Assembly (NCBI GenBank): GCA_951406725.2
Contig: OX597817.1
Coordinates: 27,156,001 to 27,220,000, forward strand
Length of the DNA: 64,000 nucleotides
From: Octopus vulgaris
Taxonomy: Eukaryota
Direction: 5' to 3'
Numbering within the stretch: the stretch's first letter is position 1; the number at the start of each line of letters is the position of its first letter. Position numbers and translations under genes: made by a program. Positions 1 to 13,215 of this stretch are shown here, piece by piece. Under the pieces are notes generated by a model that had not been told where the DNA came from, searched no databases, and saw nothing but the letters and a program-made list of their open reading frames with translations.

Positions 1-304
1 TATTACAGATTGTAAGAAACACACAAAATCCGTTAAATTCACTAATGGACTTTGTGTATTTCTTAAATGGCTTATAAACACCTTCCATGCTGCAATTGCT
101 TTTGTTCCAGCACACAATCTCCGATCAGGTCACTTGCTATGCAAGTACATCTCCATAATTACAGATTGTGCCATAATAGAAAGCACCAGCACCAGTGAGG
201 TCATTTTGTCCACTTCAAGACCAGACAGTTGCTATCACCCAGCTTTGCTTCTGTTAAAAGTGATGTGATCAAGAGAATAATAGAAGATGAAATAGAGAAG
301 TTGA

Positions 305-309
305 AAGAA

Positions 310-340
<31 letters not shown>

Positions 341-575
341 AAGAAGAAGAAGAAGAGGAGGAAGAAGAAGAAGTAGGAGGAGGAGGAGGAGGAGGAGGAG
401 GAGAAGAAGGAGGAGGAGAAGAAGAAGAAGAAGAAGGAGGAGGAGAAGAAGAAGAAGAAGGAGGAGGAGGAGAAGAAGAAGAAGAAGAAGAAGAAGAAGA
501 AGAAGAAGAAGAAGAAGAAGAAGAAGAAGAAGAAGAAGAAGAAGAAGAGGGAGGCAGCGACGGCGGCAGAGGTGG
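305..575. repeat. (GAA)n/(GGA)n trinucleotide microsatellite
   Basis: Directly visible purine triplet run; source of the poly-F/S ORF. Confidence 0.97.
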
Positions 576-899
576 AGGAGGACATTAAGATAATAAGGTT
601 GCTGAGGAGGGAGTAATGGAAGAAACAGAGCTGAAAGGAGAAATAGAGAAACAGTAACGATTGGGAATAACGGGAGAAAGACAGCTACAGGTTTTTCTGG
701 TTAGAGATGATGATGATAAGGATAGTGGGAGATGGTGATTGGATATGGATAGATCCAATGCCTCCCAACTTGACATGAGCAATATGGTAGGTGAATAGGA
801 GAAAGATTGAGTGATATGAAGACAAGAGGGTGCCTAAAAAGACGGTGAGGACAAAAATGGAGGCTGAATAGTATGTTGGCGACAGGCTAAGAGATTCTT

Positions 900-1160
900 C
901 CTCACCTTCCCCACTCACCAGACCTAGCACCATCAAACTTTCTGTTATTCAGGTCACTTGAACAGTTTTTCAATGCAAAAACATTCAACAGCAGAAAGGT
1001 GTTGAAATGGCACCTCCAACCATTTTCCCTTGTAAAGAAACTGATTTTTCTTCTTTTGTTTTGCTTCGTTTTTCTCTTTTTTTTTTTTTTGCCTGAGGAA
1101 CCAGAAAACTGGTTCTGAGGTAGGAAAACATTATTGCTATGAATAAATATATTTATGATA
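900..1160 (+). mobile_element. Degenerate mariner transposase C-terminal fragment
   Basis: Translates as HLPHSPDLAPSNFLLFRSLEQFFNAKTFNS, matching the mariner YSPDLAPSDYHLFRSL motif region. Confidence 0.75.
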
Positions 1161-1309
1161 TGTTTTATGCTGATTTGAACCCATTACATGAAATGCAACA
1201 TTGCTTTTCAGTGTCCATGTAGCATCTGAATACACAGTGCTGTAGTTAAGAGTGATGGGGAAATGAGTGTAAAGAAAATGAGTTTTGCGGAATGCATGGA
1301 TAATTCATA

Positions 1310-1700
1310 TCATCATCATCATCGTTTAACGTCCGCTTTCCATGCTAGCATGGGTTGGACAATTTGACTGAGGTCTGGCGAAGCAGATGGCTGCACCAGA
1401 CTCCAATTTGATCTGGCAGAGTTTCTACAGCTGGATGCCCATCCTAACGTTAACCACTCCAAGAGTGTAGTGGGTGCTTTTACATGCCACCGGCACGAGG
1501 GCCAGTCAAGCAGTACTGGCAATGACCTTGCTCGAATGTTTTCTCATGTGCCACCATCACAAGTGCCAGTAAGGTGACACCGGTAATGATCACACTCAAA
1601 TGGTGTTTTTTACGTGCCATTGGCACAGAGGCCAGCTTGTTGCTCTGGTAATGATCTCACTCATTTGGTACTCTTAGCGTTCCACAAGCACAGATGCCAG
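1310..1700 (-). mobile_element. (GAT)n-tailed non-autonomous retroelement (family E)
   Basis: Reverse complement of the family end ggttggcgttaggaagggcatccagctgtagaaa...ccatgctagcatggaaagcggacgttaaacgatgatgatg; many copies in the window. Confidence 0.85.
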
Positions 1701-1747
1701 TCATCAAATTTGATTGCGATATACATATGTATGTACACACACACACA

Positions 1748-2198
<451 letters not shown>

Positions 2199-3429
2199 TA
2201 TATATATATATATATATATATCTTCTTTCTCCTTCAAATGTCTGGCAATAGTTTTTGTCTTGTCACCTCCACTTCATATTCTTTTTATGTATTCTCCTCC
2301 TCAACACTTTTCTGGTTACTTCATTCATTTTAGCTTCTTCACTCTATTCAGCACTTACTCAGCTTTTTGCAAATTATTCGTCTTTTATTTTACCTCCATA
2401 CCTCCTCCTCCTCCTCCTTCTCCTGCCTTTCCTACATCTTTGATCTTTCCTTTTTCCTATTCTCAGCTGTATTTTCTTCACCTTTTTTGTTAGTCTTTCT
2501 CTATTTCATTCTTTTTTTTTTTCTTCATTTGTCCATCTTCTTTCCCGAGGAAAACCTGTAACATATTTATCCATCCAAGTAGCTGGTTTCATTATAAAGC
2601 ATGTCATTTACATTACAGCAACAACGGAATTTCTGAGTCATAGTGTTTCCTACTGTTGCAAATTAGGTTTAAATTGCAATATCCTCATTCAGATAATTGC
2701 AAATTGCAATGTATTCTGTGCTACCTTTTGGAATTGTATGTTATTCTGGCAAAATGTGATCTAGTTATAGTTTCCTGAAATAATCAGAGCAAGAGATTAT
2801 CATAATTAAAAAAAGAGAAATAAAACAGTAAAAAAATTACATACTTTGTAACACCATAGAAATAGCAGACAACAAAAAGTAAAACATTATAGAAATAGCA
2901 GACAAAAAAAAAATTCAAAAAAGAAAAATAGCAATGTGTTTTATTGATTCCTAACTATGGAGTCCATCCAATTATCCTGTTTGTTACCTTCATTATCAAA
3001 TACATTGTTGTTGTTGTTGTTGTTGTTGTTACTGTCCTAGTGTATATCTTGTAATCTTTGTCTGAAGGGACCTCATGCATGAAGGTAACCAATAAACCAA
3101 TCAGGAGTGTTTTGTTTCCTGTACAAGTGATATATAGTTAACCAACGTATCTGTTTAGATTCAATTTGAGCATTCTCCCATCTTAGATTTAGTGTTTGAA
3201 ATATGTCTTGTCCGTTATTTTTAAGTATTTCTTTTTTTTTTTCATTCTAAGGAGAGTCTCTGTCCACAGAAGTTTGGGTTTTTCATTTCTTCTATATTGG
3301 CAATACCTGGGATAACTGAAGAAATTTAGTGCAGTTGATATCTAGCTTATTTCTTTTCATTGCTTAAATATAAGCAAGGAGAGAGGGTTCTTTTTACCCT
3401 TTTTCAATTATTGATTTCATATGGAGTAA

Positions 3430-3626
3430 CATCATCATCATCATCATCATCATCATTGTTTAACGTCCGTTTTCTGCGCTAGCACGGGTTGGACGGTTCG
3501 ACTGGGGTCTGGGAAGCCAGGGGCTGCTCCATGCTCCAGTCTGATCTGGCAGAGTTTCTACGGCTGGATGCCCTTCCTAATGCCAACCACTCTGCGAGTG
3601 TAGTTGGTGCTTTTTACGTGCCACCT
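3430..3626 (-). mobile_element. Family E element, 3' portion
   Basis: (CAT)n followed by gtttaacgtccgttttc...ggatgcccttcctaatgccaacc. Confidence 0.85.
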
Positions 3627-4035
3627 AGGCTGAGTTTATAGATTCTGCAAGCTCCTCTCACCAATGGAATTCATACTAATAGTGCTATCCTCAAACTGAG
3701 GCAAATTAAAACATCAGGTGGAATGCTATGTAAGGCTGTGTGACTTTTGTCGACTTTCTGCACACTGAGTTTAAATTCATCTGAGGTCAAATTTATCTTT
3801 CATCCTTTTAGGATCTATAAATGAAGTACAGATCAGTGATATTTGGGTGCACCACAGAGCTCTCCTTCTCATCATGCATATTAAGCCCAACATCCCAAGC
3901 CTACACTTACCACCACACCCAATTTATTCTCTTCAGAATATCTTTCTAGAACTTTTGTCTTTGTCCATGTCTTTCTAACCGATGCTGACTGAAATGTGTT
4001 TAAACATTCCATAGGTCAAAAATATTGTGAGTCAT

Positions 4036-4443
4036 AGGTGCAGGAGTGGCTGTGTGGTAAGTAGCTTGCTTACCAACCATATGGTCCCGGGTTCAGTCCC
4101 ACTGCGTGGCACCTTGGGCAAGTGTCTTCTACTATAGCCTCAGGTGGCCCAAATCCTTGTGAGTGGATTTGGTAGACGGAAACTGAAAGAAGCCCATCGT
4201 GTATATGTATGTGTGTGTGTATATTTTTGTGTGTCTGTGTTTGTCTCCCCAACATCACTTGACAACCAATGCTGGTGTGTTTACATCTCTGTAACTTAGC
4301 GGTTTGGTAAAAGAGACTGATAGAATAAGTATTAGGCTTACAAAGAATAATTCCTGGAGTCGATTTGCTCGACTAAAGGCAGTGCTCCAGCATGGCCACA
4401 GTGAAATGACTGAAACAAGTAAAAGAATAAATGAGTAAAAGAG
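4036..4443 (+). mobile_element. tRNA-head/CORE-like SINE family A, full length
   Basis: caggagtggctgtgtggtaag head, gggttcagtccc B-box, accttgggcaagtgtc core, internal TA/TG microsatellite, ...tgactgaaacaagtaaaagag tail. Confidence 0.92.
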
Positions 4444-5793
4444 TCTCCACAGGCCTGAAAAGGTAGTTGAAACTGACTCTTCCTTTAGACTCAGCAAGTT
4501 AAAGAAAAGAAGTCAAAAGTAATGCACCATAATTTCTTACTTGATCTCAAAGCCTGCCTGCTATCACTAGCAAAAAAACAAAAACAGTGCAAATAGTATC
4601 AGTAACTGCAAAACCACTGGAAATATATCTTTTGTGGTTCCATCAGAAAATCAATGATGATGTAATATGATGTGAAGAACATTTGTAATATGATGTGAAG
4701 GCCCAAGAGCTACAAAAAGAGTTCTAGAGTGGCAGTCATTGTTTCCTCCTCAATTTATTCCACTAGTCTCAGACTCCCTTAAAAAAGAGTCATGAGGTCA
4801 CGAGTACTGTTTCTTCTTTTCTAACTTGCCTATAAAGACTGTTGTTGCTTTGAGAAGAATTTTTGATTTGTAAAATTGTGTAAAAATAAGAAAAATGAAA
4901 TGCAAAGTAAAATTAATAGATATAAGAATAAAAATAAAATGGAAAATATACCTACAAAATATTTCTGTGCTTTGCTGTTGTTTTTGTTCCTCAGCAGCTC
5001 TCATGAAGCAGACTTATAACCAAAGATGTTCCAGCCTTTGAGCACCTCATCATTTTTTACATAGTGTATCTAGGACAATATTATCCAAATGTCTTTGTCA
5101 TTTCATAGATGGCAGGATATGATTAGAGTGTAATTTAGTTGCTATTTCTTCCAGGTTGAATGACTACATAGAAGCTCTCTTGCTCACGTATATATTTAGA
5201 ATAAGTACAACAATTATTAATGATGATATATCAATATTTATCTGATGAAAATAATCACAAATTATAGCATTAATATTTTATGTAGATTGTACATAATTTT
5301 CAAATCTACTACTCAAGCAACTGACAGCCTTTATCCATTCACTGAGTGAGACCCTACAGAATAATACATGGCTATTCTTTGCTCTAAACTAGTGGTTCCT
5401 GAAATGTGTACTGAGACACATTGGTGCATTATACAAGCTACTTAAGTGCACCATAAAAAAAACATTTCAATACTTAAGTGTTTTGAAAAATGTTATCAAT
5501 AATTTTGTTATTCCTAAGTAGGATTAACAAAACAATATAAGTGGTAGTTTTCTATATTTTTCAACATTCTTTAGTTTTAAAACAGCTTTTTCTATTGCCA
5601 CAATAACAGTTCCTTACAACTATTGGGTATCATCACATCTTCATTCAGGTATCCTTACTCACTTGTCTCTCTTCCTCACACATATTGAGCCCAACTTCTA
5701 AGGCATGCATATACTACTAAACCCAATTTATGCTCCCCAGAATATCTTTCTAGACTTTCCTCTTTGTCCATGTGTTACCAACAGGTGCTGCCT

Positions 5794-5975
5794 TCATCAT
5801 CATCATCATCATCATCATTTAGCGTCCGCTTTCCATGCTAGCATGGGTTGGACGGTTCAACTGGGGTCTGTGAGGCCAGAAGGCTGCATCAGGCCCAGTC
5901 TGATCTGGCAGTGTTTCTACGGCTGGATGCCCTTCCTAACGCCAACCACTCCGTGAGTGTAGTGGGTGCTTTTTA
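5794..5975 (-). mobile_element. Family E element, 3' portion
   Basis: (CAT)n tail and conserved 3' block. Confidence 0.85.
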
Positions 5976-7324
5976 TAAGTTAAACCATTTCAGTGGTAAA
6001 GGATGTTGCCAGTCTCAGCAGGTCTGAAAAGGCAATGGAAAAATCCTCTTCCTCTAGACACAGCAAGTTAAAAAACGTTAACAGTAATACAAAGTGCACC
6101 ATAATTTCTAATTTGCTTTTTAGTGTGCAATGAGATCAAAAAGGTTTAGAACCGCTAATCTAAATATACAACACATGGGAAATAAAGCTCACCTCAGAAA
6201 TCAATACTGATAATGTGATAGTGCCTGCATTATCATTTGTTCCTCTGCCCTACAAATCTCAGAAGACCTCTGAAATATTACAAATACTTAAATCAATTCT
6301 GTTAGACACTTAGTGTCTAACAGAAAAGAAAATTCTTTAAAGGAGAACTGTTGTTGCTTGGGTTGCAGACAAGTAACAGTTTTACTTGCCTACACCTAAT
6401 GTGATGATATTATTTTGCTGTTCCTTTCTTATATTTAAAAAAAATCAATGATTCTTCAAATCATTAGATTCTTCAGTCCCCATACTAATTGAAATTATTG
6501 AACTCCTTTATCAGCTCATTATTAAGAAAAGTATTTTTTAGATCACAAAGTCATTGACATTGCTTAATTGGTTCAAATAGTCAAAGCAATGATACACCTT
6601 ATTGTCTTTTTTTCACTGATACCCACAATCCCTCGACTATGAGTCTGCTGCTCTAACCACTCCACCATGTGCCTCCACTTAAGTATATAATCCTTAATAT
6701 AATTTCAGTATCATAATATTATGGAGTATCAAACACTATCTTATGATACCAATATCCATTGTCATACCCTTGGACATTTTCAATATGGAAATCAAGTTAT
6801 GCTTATTGTTGTTGTCGCTCTTTTGCTTCCAACCAATTCTGATGAGGCAGATCTGAGATAAAAATCATTGAATCCACAACTGTTAGACCTTATTTTTAGA
6901 CAACATACAGGACTGTATTATCCAATGTTTACTATTTTTGAGATATCAAGATATAGTTTGAGATGAATTTTAGTACTATTTATAGCAGCTAAGTTCCTCG
7001 TGGAGTTTCCCTTATTTGCTTAAAGTGTATTGTTTCTAGCAAATAATGAAGAGGGAGCTAAGCACAAGACTTTTCTTCAAGTTTGTGATATAGCTTCAAT
7101 TATTAACTAAAGTCAGTTATTTTTATATTTTTCATAAATTCTTTGGGAAAAGTTTAATGTTGCATTTACTTAGGTCCATTAATAAAAGATATTGGACTTT
7201 GTGTCTAATAAAAAATATGAGCCGATGTATTTGAAGCTTTAAAGAAGAGTTTATGGAGTAGTTCAATAATTTCAATTGATATGAAGATTGAAGAATCTAA
7301 TATTTGAGATTCTTAAGGCATAGT

Positions 7325-7530
7325 ACTTGCAGAATCATTAGCACACCGGGCAAAATGCTTTGTGGTATTGCATCCATTTTTATGTTTTGAGTTCAAATTT
7401 CCCTGTGGTCAACTTTGCATTTCATCCTTTCAGGGTCAATAAAATAAGTACTTGTTGAGCCCTGGGATTGATGTAATTGATTTATCTCATCCTGAAATCT
7501 GCTGGCCTTGTACTGAAACTTTGAAACAAA
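7325..7530 (+). mobile_element. Old diverged Nin/Deu-like SINE (family D relative)
   Basis: gcagaatcattagcacaccgggcaaaatgc...gagttcaaat...tttcatcctttcagggtcaataaaataagtac resembles family D. Confidence 0.7.
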
Positions 7531-8139
7531 TATTTGAAATTTATGGATTTGTCTGAAAGTAAGGAATGGAGAAAAAGGAAAGCTGTCACATTGATTATAG
7601 AGAAATAATTATTTTAATTATCTGAAATCAAAGCAAAAGTCTCCCCTCTCTTAGTCACTTCATCACTGTCAACGGAAAAGCAAAATTCTACGCCCCACAT
7701 GCTGAGTAAAATGATCAAACTCTTCAAGGGGTTCTTCGATGAACAAACTTTTGCTAATGTAGGCCATCAGCACTTTCTTCTGATTCTAAATATTACTTTA
7801 ATTACACTTATACATTGTTAATTCTTCCTAGAATCACTTTCAACTCTTTAAATACCATTCATAAAACTTATAAAGTGATATAGATACAGAAGATGTGATG
7901 CAGTATTCACATTGTCCTTAGGTTTGTTGTTATCATAACTGTTGTTATTACTTAGGCCTAGATTGTCCCTAACAAAACAGATTTCTGTTCAAACTGTATC
8001 AGTAATCATTTTCTTCTCTTATAGTCATCCGTACGATATCTAGGCTTACATAATATAATCTTGTCTGACTTCTTAAAATTTGTAGTGTGCAATTTCAGGG
8101 GCATTTATTTAGCCCATCCAAAGTACCTTGGATCACAGG

Positions 8140-8572
8140 ATGGCCTGCTGTGCTTACCTTGGATCATAGGTTGACCTGCTGTGCTTTAGGAGACCTATTG
8201 AGTCAAGTACATCAATATCAAAATAAAAATCAAATGGAAATTGTAGTTGTGATACCCGTGCCGGTGGCATGTAAAAAGCACCATCCGAATGTGGCCGATA
8301 CCAGCACCGCCTTAACTGGCTTCCATGTCAGTGGCACATAAAAAGCACCAACTGATCGTAGCCATTGCCAGCCTCCACTGGCCCCTGTGCCGGTGGCATG
8401 TAAAATGCACCCACTACACTCATGGAGTGGTTGGCATTAGAAAGGGCATCCAGCTGTAGAAACACTGCCAGATCAGACTGGAGCCTGGTGCAGCCTCCTA
8501 GCTTCCCAGACCCTGGTCAAACAATCCAACCCATGCTAGCATGGAAAACGGACGTTAAACGATGATGATGAT
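8140..8572 (+). mobile_element. Family E element, long copy with repeated gtgccggtggcac modules
   Basis: Collinear with 59548-59950; ends in gacgttaaac(gat)n. Confidence 0.87.
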
Positions 8573-9018
8573 CTAATAAATTAAGTGACCAAATGGAGGC
8601 TTCTTCATTGGCCTATTTAATGTAATGCAATAGCATAATGATATTCCTGTTTTAACCAAAGTTTGTAACAATATAAATGAGATAAAATATATCTTAAAGA
8701 TAAGCATGAAGCTTGATAAATGAATATCAAATCATATCGAAATTTCCATCATTGTAGGGTTAATAATATTAAGTACCAATCATGTACAGGATGAATTTCA
8801 TTAAGAAAAAATTGTGAACATGTACTAATTTTAAAAGTCTATATGATCAGCGTCTCTAATTGTCTGCATTTTGATCATTAGCTCAATACAATCTCTAAAT
8901 GTTTATTATTATCATATCATTTATGTAAATAATATGAAGAAAAATTGACTTAATTGCCATTAATATAATAATCAGCCTTTACATATTAAATTAATTCGTA
9001 AAATATTTATATTAATAT

Positions 9019-9449
9019 GCATAGGAGTGGCTGTGTGGTAAGTAACTTGCTTATGTATCACAAGGTTCCGGGTTCAGTCCCACTTCGGGACATCTTGGGC
9101 AAGTGTCTTCAACTATAGCCTCGGGCCAACCAAAGCCTTATGAGTGGATTTGGTTGATGGAAACTGAAAGAAGCCCATTGTATATATGTGTGTTTGTATA
9201 TATATATACATATGTATGTATGTGTGTGTATATGTTTGTGTGTCTGTGTTTGTCCCCCCCCAGCATCACTTGACAACCAATGTTGGTGTGTTTACTTCCC
9301 TGTAACTTAGCAGTTTGACAAAAGAGACTGATAGAATAAGTACTAGGCTTACTAAGAATAAATCCTGGGGTAGATTTGCTCGATTAAAAGGTGGTACTCC
9401 AGCATGGCCACAATCAAATGACTGAAACAAGTAAAAGAGTAAAAAGAGT
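9019..9449 (+). mobile_element. SINE family A, full length
   Basis: Family A sequence; tattaatat on both sides as a probable TSD. Confidence 0.92.
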
Positions 9450-9721
9450 ATTAATATTCAAAGCAGAAGCGGGAATACATATGTGGACATGACTAGTGTC
9501 CCACATATTGAGTTAAAATTTCAGCACAAGGCCAGTGATTTTGGGTAAGTTAATTTCATCAACCCCAAATTTCAACTTGTTTTATTAACTCTTAAAGGAT
9601 AAAAGGCAAAGTCAGTCTCGGAAGTATTTGAACTCAGAGCGTAAAAATGGACAAAATGCCACCTAGCATTCTGCTCAGCATGCTAACGATTCTGCCACCT
9701 CACCACCTTTGGTGTAACACA

Positions 9722-9948
9722 TATTTCATTACTACCCACAAGGGGCTAAACACAGAGGGGACTAACAAGGACAGACAAACGGATTAAGTCGATTATATCG
9801 ACCCCAGTGCGTAACTGGTACTTAATTTATCGACCCCGAAAGGATGAAAGGCAAAGTCGACCTCGGCGGAATTTGAACTCAGAACGTAGTGGCAGACGAA
9901 ATACCGCTAAGCATTTCGCCCGGCATGCTAACAGTTCTGCCAACTCAC
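9722..9948 (-). mobile_element. Nin/Deu-like-domain SINE family D
   Basis: Minus strand reads ...gagttcaaattccgccgaggtcgactttgcctttcatcctttcggggtcgataaattaagtacc..., resembling the Nin/Deu central domain; an older relative lies adjacent at about 9520-9710. Confidence 0.85.
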
Positions 9949-10610
9949 CTTTGATGTAACATATTACTGGTACGTACTACATTGATATAGAACTACCATC
10001 CTAATTTCTTAATTTCTGTGCTATCTCAAAATTAACTTGAAGCATCAAACAGGATGTTATAAAGAACCAATTTTAGCATAGCTTTCTTTCTCCCTTCCTC
10101 TCTCTTATCTTCAAATGCCAAATCCACCACATTAGATTATCAAAATAACACCAAACCAAAGGATTATCCAAACACATTAAGCAAATGTTATAAACTTAGG
10201 TTTTCCTTTTCATTCTTAGTTTATTCCAGATTTAGAATCATATTACAAGTTATGCGAGTGTGTGAGTGTGTATATGCATATAATAATATATGTGTGTATG
10301 TGTCTGTGTGAGTGTGTAAGCATACACAAACTTTACAAATACACATACAGACAGTCATACATCGAGGATTATTTCTGTTTTTATAAGAGTTACATCATAT
10401 GAAGCTGTAAACATTATGTTTAGCTGTCAACTTGAATTAATACAATTTGTTCTTTTTCTATTGTCTTATCTTCTATTTTATTTCATTTATTTATTTAATT
10501 GTTTTCGTTCATACTTTTTCCATCCCACAAATATAACAATTTCGTTTTCTTTCTATCCCTCATAAGATAGGAAATTGTAACAATTTTCGGAATTCATATA
10601 TATATATGTA

Positions 10611-10860
10611 TCATCATCATCATCATCATTGTTTAACGTCTGTTTTCCATGCTGGCATGGATTGGACGGTTTGACTGGGGTCCAAGAACCCAGAAGGCTG
10701 CACCAGTCTGATCTGGCAACATTTCTACAGCTGGATGCCCTTCCTAACACCTGCCACTCTGAGAGTGTAGTGGGTGCTTTTTACATACCACCAGCACAGA
10801 GGCCAGAGGGGTCTGTCATTGGCCACGTTTGTATGGTGCTTTTACGTGCCACCGAAACAT
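10611..10860 (-). mobile_element. Family E element
   Basis: (CAT)n tail plus conserved block. Confidence 0.83.
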
Positions 10861-11101
10861 GAGCCAAAATACATATTCATGAATATAAATATATGAACAC
10901 ACATACATATATTGCTGTGTATGCAAGGGTGCAGACTAGAGGATATCTGTGTGCTCCCACACCCTCACAATCAAAGCTTATAGTTGCTAAGTTCTTACAA
11001 CCTCTTCATAAACACATAAATATATAGACTCAAACACACATCTAGTAAATATTTGACATACATAGTAAGTAAGTAACGACAGTACAATATATAAGTATGT
11101 A

Positions 11102-11338
11102 TTTTTTTTTTTTTTTTTTTTGTACTTGTTTCAGTCATTTGACTGCGGCCATGCTGGAGCACCGCCTTTAGAGTGGTGAAAGAGTACAGCAGGGATCACC
11201 ACCATCCCCTGCCGGAGCCTCGTGGAGCTTTTAGGTGTTTTCGCTCAATAAACACACACAACGCCCGGTCTGGGAATCGAAACCGCGATCCTCCGACCGC
11301 AAGTCCGCTGCCCTAACCACTTGGCCATTGCGCCTCCA
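11102..11338 (-). mobile_element. Chimeric SINE: family B head joined to family A tail with poly(A)
   Basis: 11171-11338 is the family B head; 11121-11170 is the family A tail; the T-run at 11102-11121 is the poly(A). Confidence 0.8.
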
Positions 11339-11378
11339 CATATATTCATATATACATATTTGTATATACATTTCATAA

Positions 11379-11802
11379 GCAGAGGAGTGGCTGTGTGGTA
11401 AAAAGTTTGCTTCCCAACAACATGGTTCTGGGTGCAGTCCCACTGCATGGCACCTTGGGCAAGTATCTTCTACTATAGCCTTGAGCTGCGAGTGGATTTG
11501 GTAGACAAAACTTGTAGATGGAAACTGAAAGAAGCCTATCATACATATATATATATATGTGTGTGTATATATATATATATATATGTGTATGCATTTGTGT
11601 ATCTGAATTTGTCCTCCCACCATCACTTGACAACATATGTTCGTATATTTACATCCCTGTAACATAGTGGTTCAGCAAAAGAGACTAATAGAATAAGTAC
11701 TAGGCTTACAAAGAATAAGTCGTGGGGTTGATTTGTTCGACTAAAAGCGGTGCTCTAGCATGGTCACAGTCAAATGACAGAAATAAGTAAAAGAATAAAA
11801 GA
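11379..11802 (+). mobile_element. SINE family A
   Basis: Family A head, core and tail. Confidence 0.9.
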
Positions 11803-12069
<267 letters not shown>

Positions 12070-12255
12070 GATTGGGCACTAGCCACTAAATCTTTTTTAT
12101 TATCTCTCTGTTTATTTTTTCATGTTCCTTTCTGTTGAAGTGTATAGGCTGGAAGCGTAAAAGACTTTCTCACCTTCCTGAGCATTAAACTAATACACCT
12201 GTTTGTTGTTTACACACCTGTCTTCATTTTTGTTTCTTTTGTAATTTCCTACTAT
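12070..12255 (+). mobile_element. Short TA-tailed element with decayed hammerhead-like motif (Penelope pLTR-like, family H1)
   Basis: Homologous to 42020-42217: cctttctgttgaagtgtataggctggaagcgtaaaagac...cctgagc...cacctgtcttcatttttg then (TA)n. Confidence 0.7.
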
Positions 12256-12269
12256 ATATATATATAGAT

Positions 12270-12420
12270 ATAGTTGAAATGTATAGAAATACAAAAGATG
12301 AAGACAGGTGTATGAACAAAAAGCAAGTATATTAGTTTTGACACTCAGGAGAAATGAAAATATATTTTATGTTTCAAGTCTACACTGTTCAACAGAAAGG
12401 AATGAGAAACAATAACTTGA
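12270..12420 (-). mobile_element. Second H1-family element, tail-to-tail with the previous one
   Basis: Reverse complement reads cctttctgttgaacagtgtagacttgaaacataaaa...cctgagtg...cacctgtcttcatcttttg, ending in the shared TA tract. Confidence 0.7.
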
Positions 12421-12480
12421 AAATTACGGCGAATGAAAAAAACCTGTATATTGCAGTGGTCCAGCATGGCAAATGATATA

Positions 12481-12522
<42 letters not shown>

Positions 12523-12570
12523 AATAAATGAAAGAATGGAGATGAACGACGATTTAACAAAATTCCTTTA

Positions 12571-12653
12571 TTCTCGACATATGTTTCGAAGGCTGCATAT
12601 TCCTAATTTCGAAGGAATAAGGGGTGCATTATGCCGCCTTCTCATCAAGAAAA
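12571..12653 (-). ncRNA. Type I hammerhead ribozyme motif (C3U, extended stem II)
   Basis: Minus strand: TTTTC-TTGATGA-GAAGGC...GCCTTC-GAAA-CATATG-TC-GAGAA; palindromic stem III CATATG; GUC cleavage triplet. Confidence 0.72.
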
Positions 12654-12741
12654 ACAAGGAACTTATGTCAGCATCAAGATGAACAAAAGCTCTTAGATGG
12701 CTGCCCACACGGAGTCCATAGTGTTATCGCTATATATATAT

Positions 12742-12784
<43 letters not shown>

Positions 12785-12856
12785 TTGGTAGATATAGGCA
12801 TAGTTACAGATTATAATAACATGTTGACTCAGCTACACATGACTATATTTTCGTAG

Positions 12857-13215
12857 GTGAAGGACATGTCCCAGTCCTTAGATGTATTGAGTCAGAGTAA
12901 AGAGAATCTAAAAGAAAATTTAAAGCAGTCTTTGGTAGATATATACAAAGACCATCAGTTGCCAACCTTTTGAATTCCATTAACAGCAGTAGCATTTGTC
13001 AGTTTTCTTGTTGGTAGATACCAAAACTTTTTGCAGCTTATGCTGTTCTTCAAAGAGGTGCCGTTGTCAATTACAAATACCATATTAGTAAAAAAGGGTT
13101 CTATCAAGGATGTGGCACAGGACAACGTTCTTTTGGTTCTAGACTCCTCAGATGAAGCAGGACTGGGAAATAAAATTACTGCATTTTTTCATGGAATATT
13201 TAGAAAATACTCTGA
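12857..13215 (+). other. Possible exon or pseudo-exon of unknown product
   Basis: Acceptor-like tattttcgtag precedes a protein-like frame VKDMSQSLDVLSQSKENLKENLKQSL... of about 120 codons with a single TGA at 12971; no recognised homology. Confidence 0.2.

Noticed and set aside
4070-4258. Recurrent peptide YDGLLSVSVYQIHSQGFG...EDTCPRCHAVGLNPEPCGW that looks like a multi-copy gene
   Set aside because: Antisense translation of SINE family A, repeated in each copy.
7621-7820. Protein-like open frames on both strands
   Set aside because: Short, no convincing splice sites or homology.
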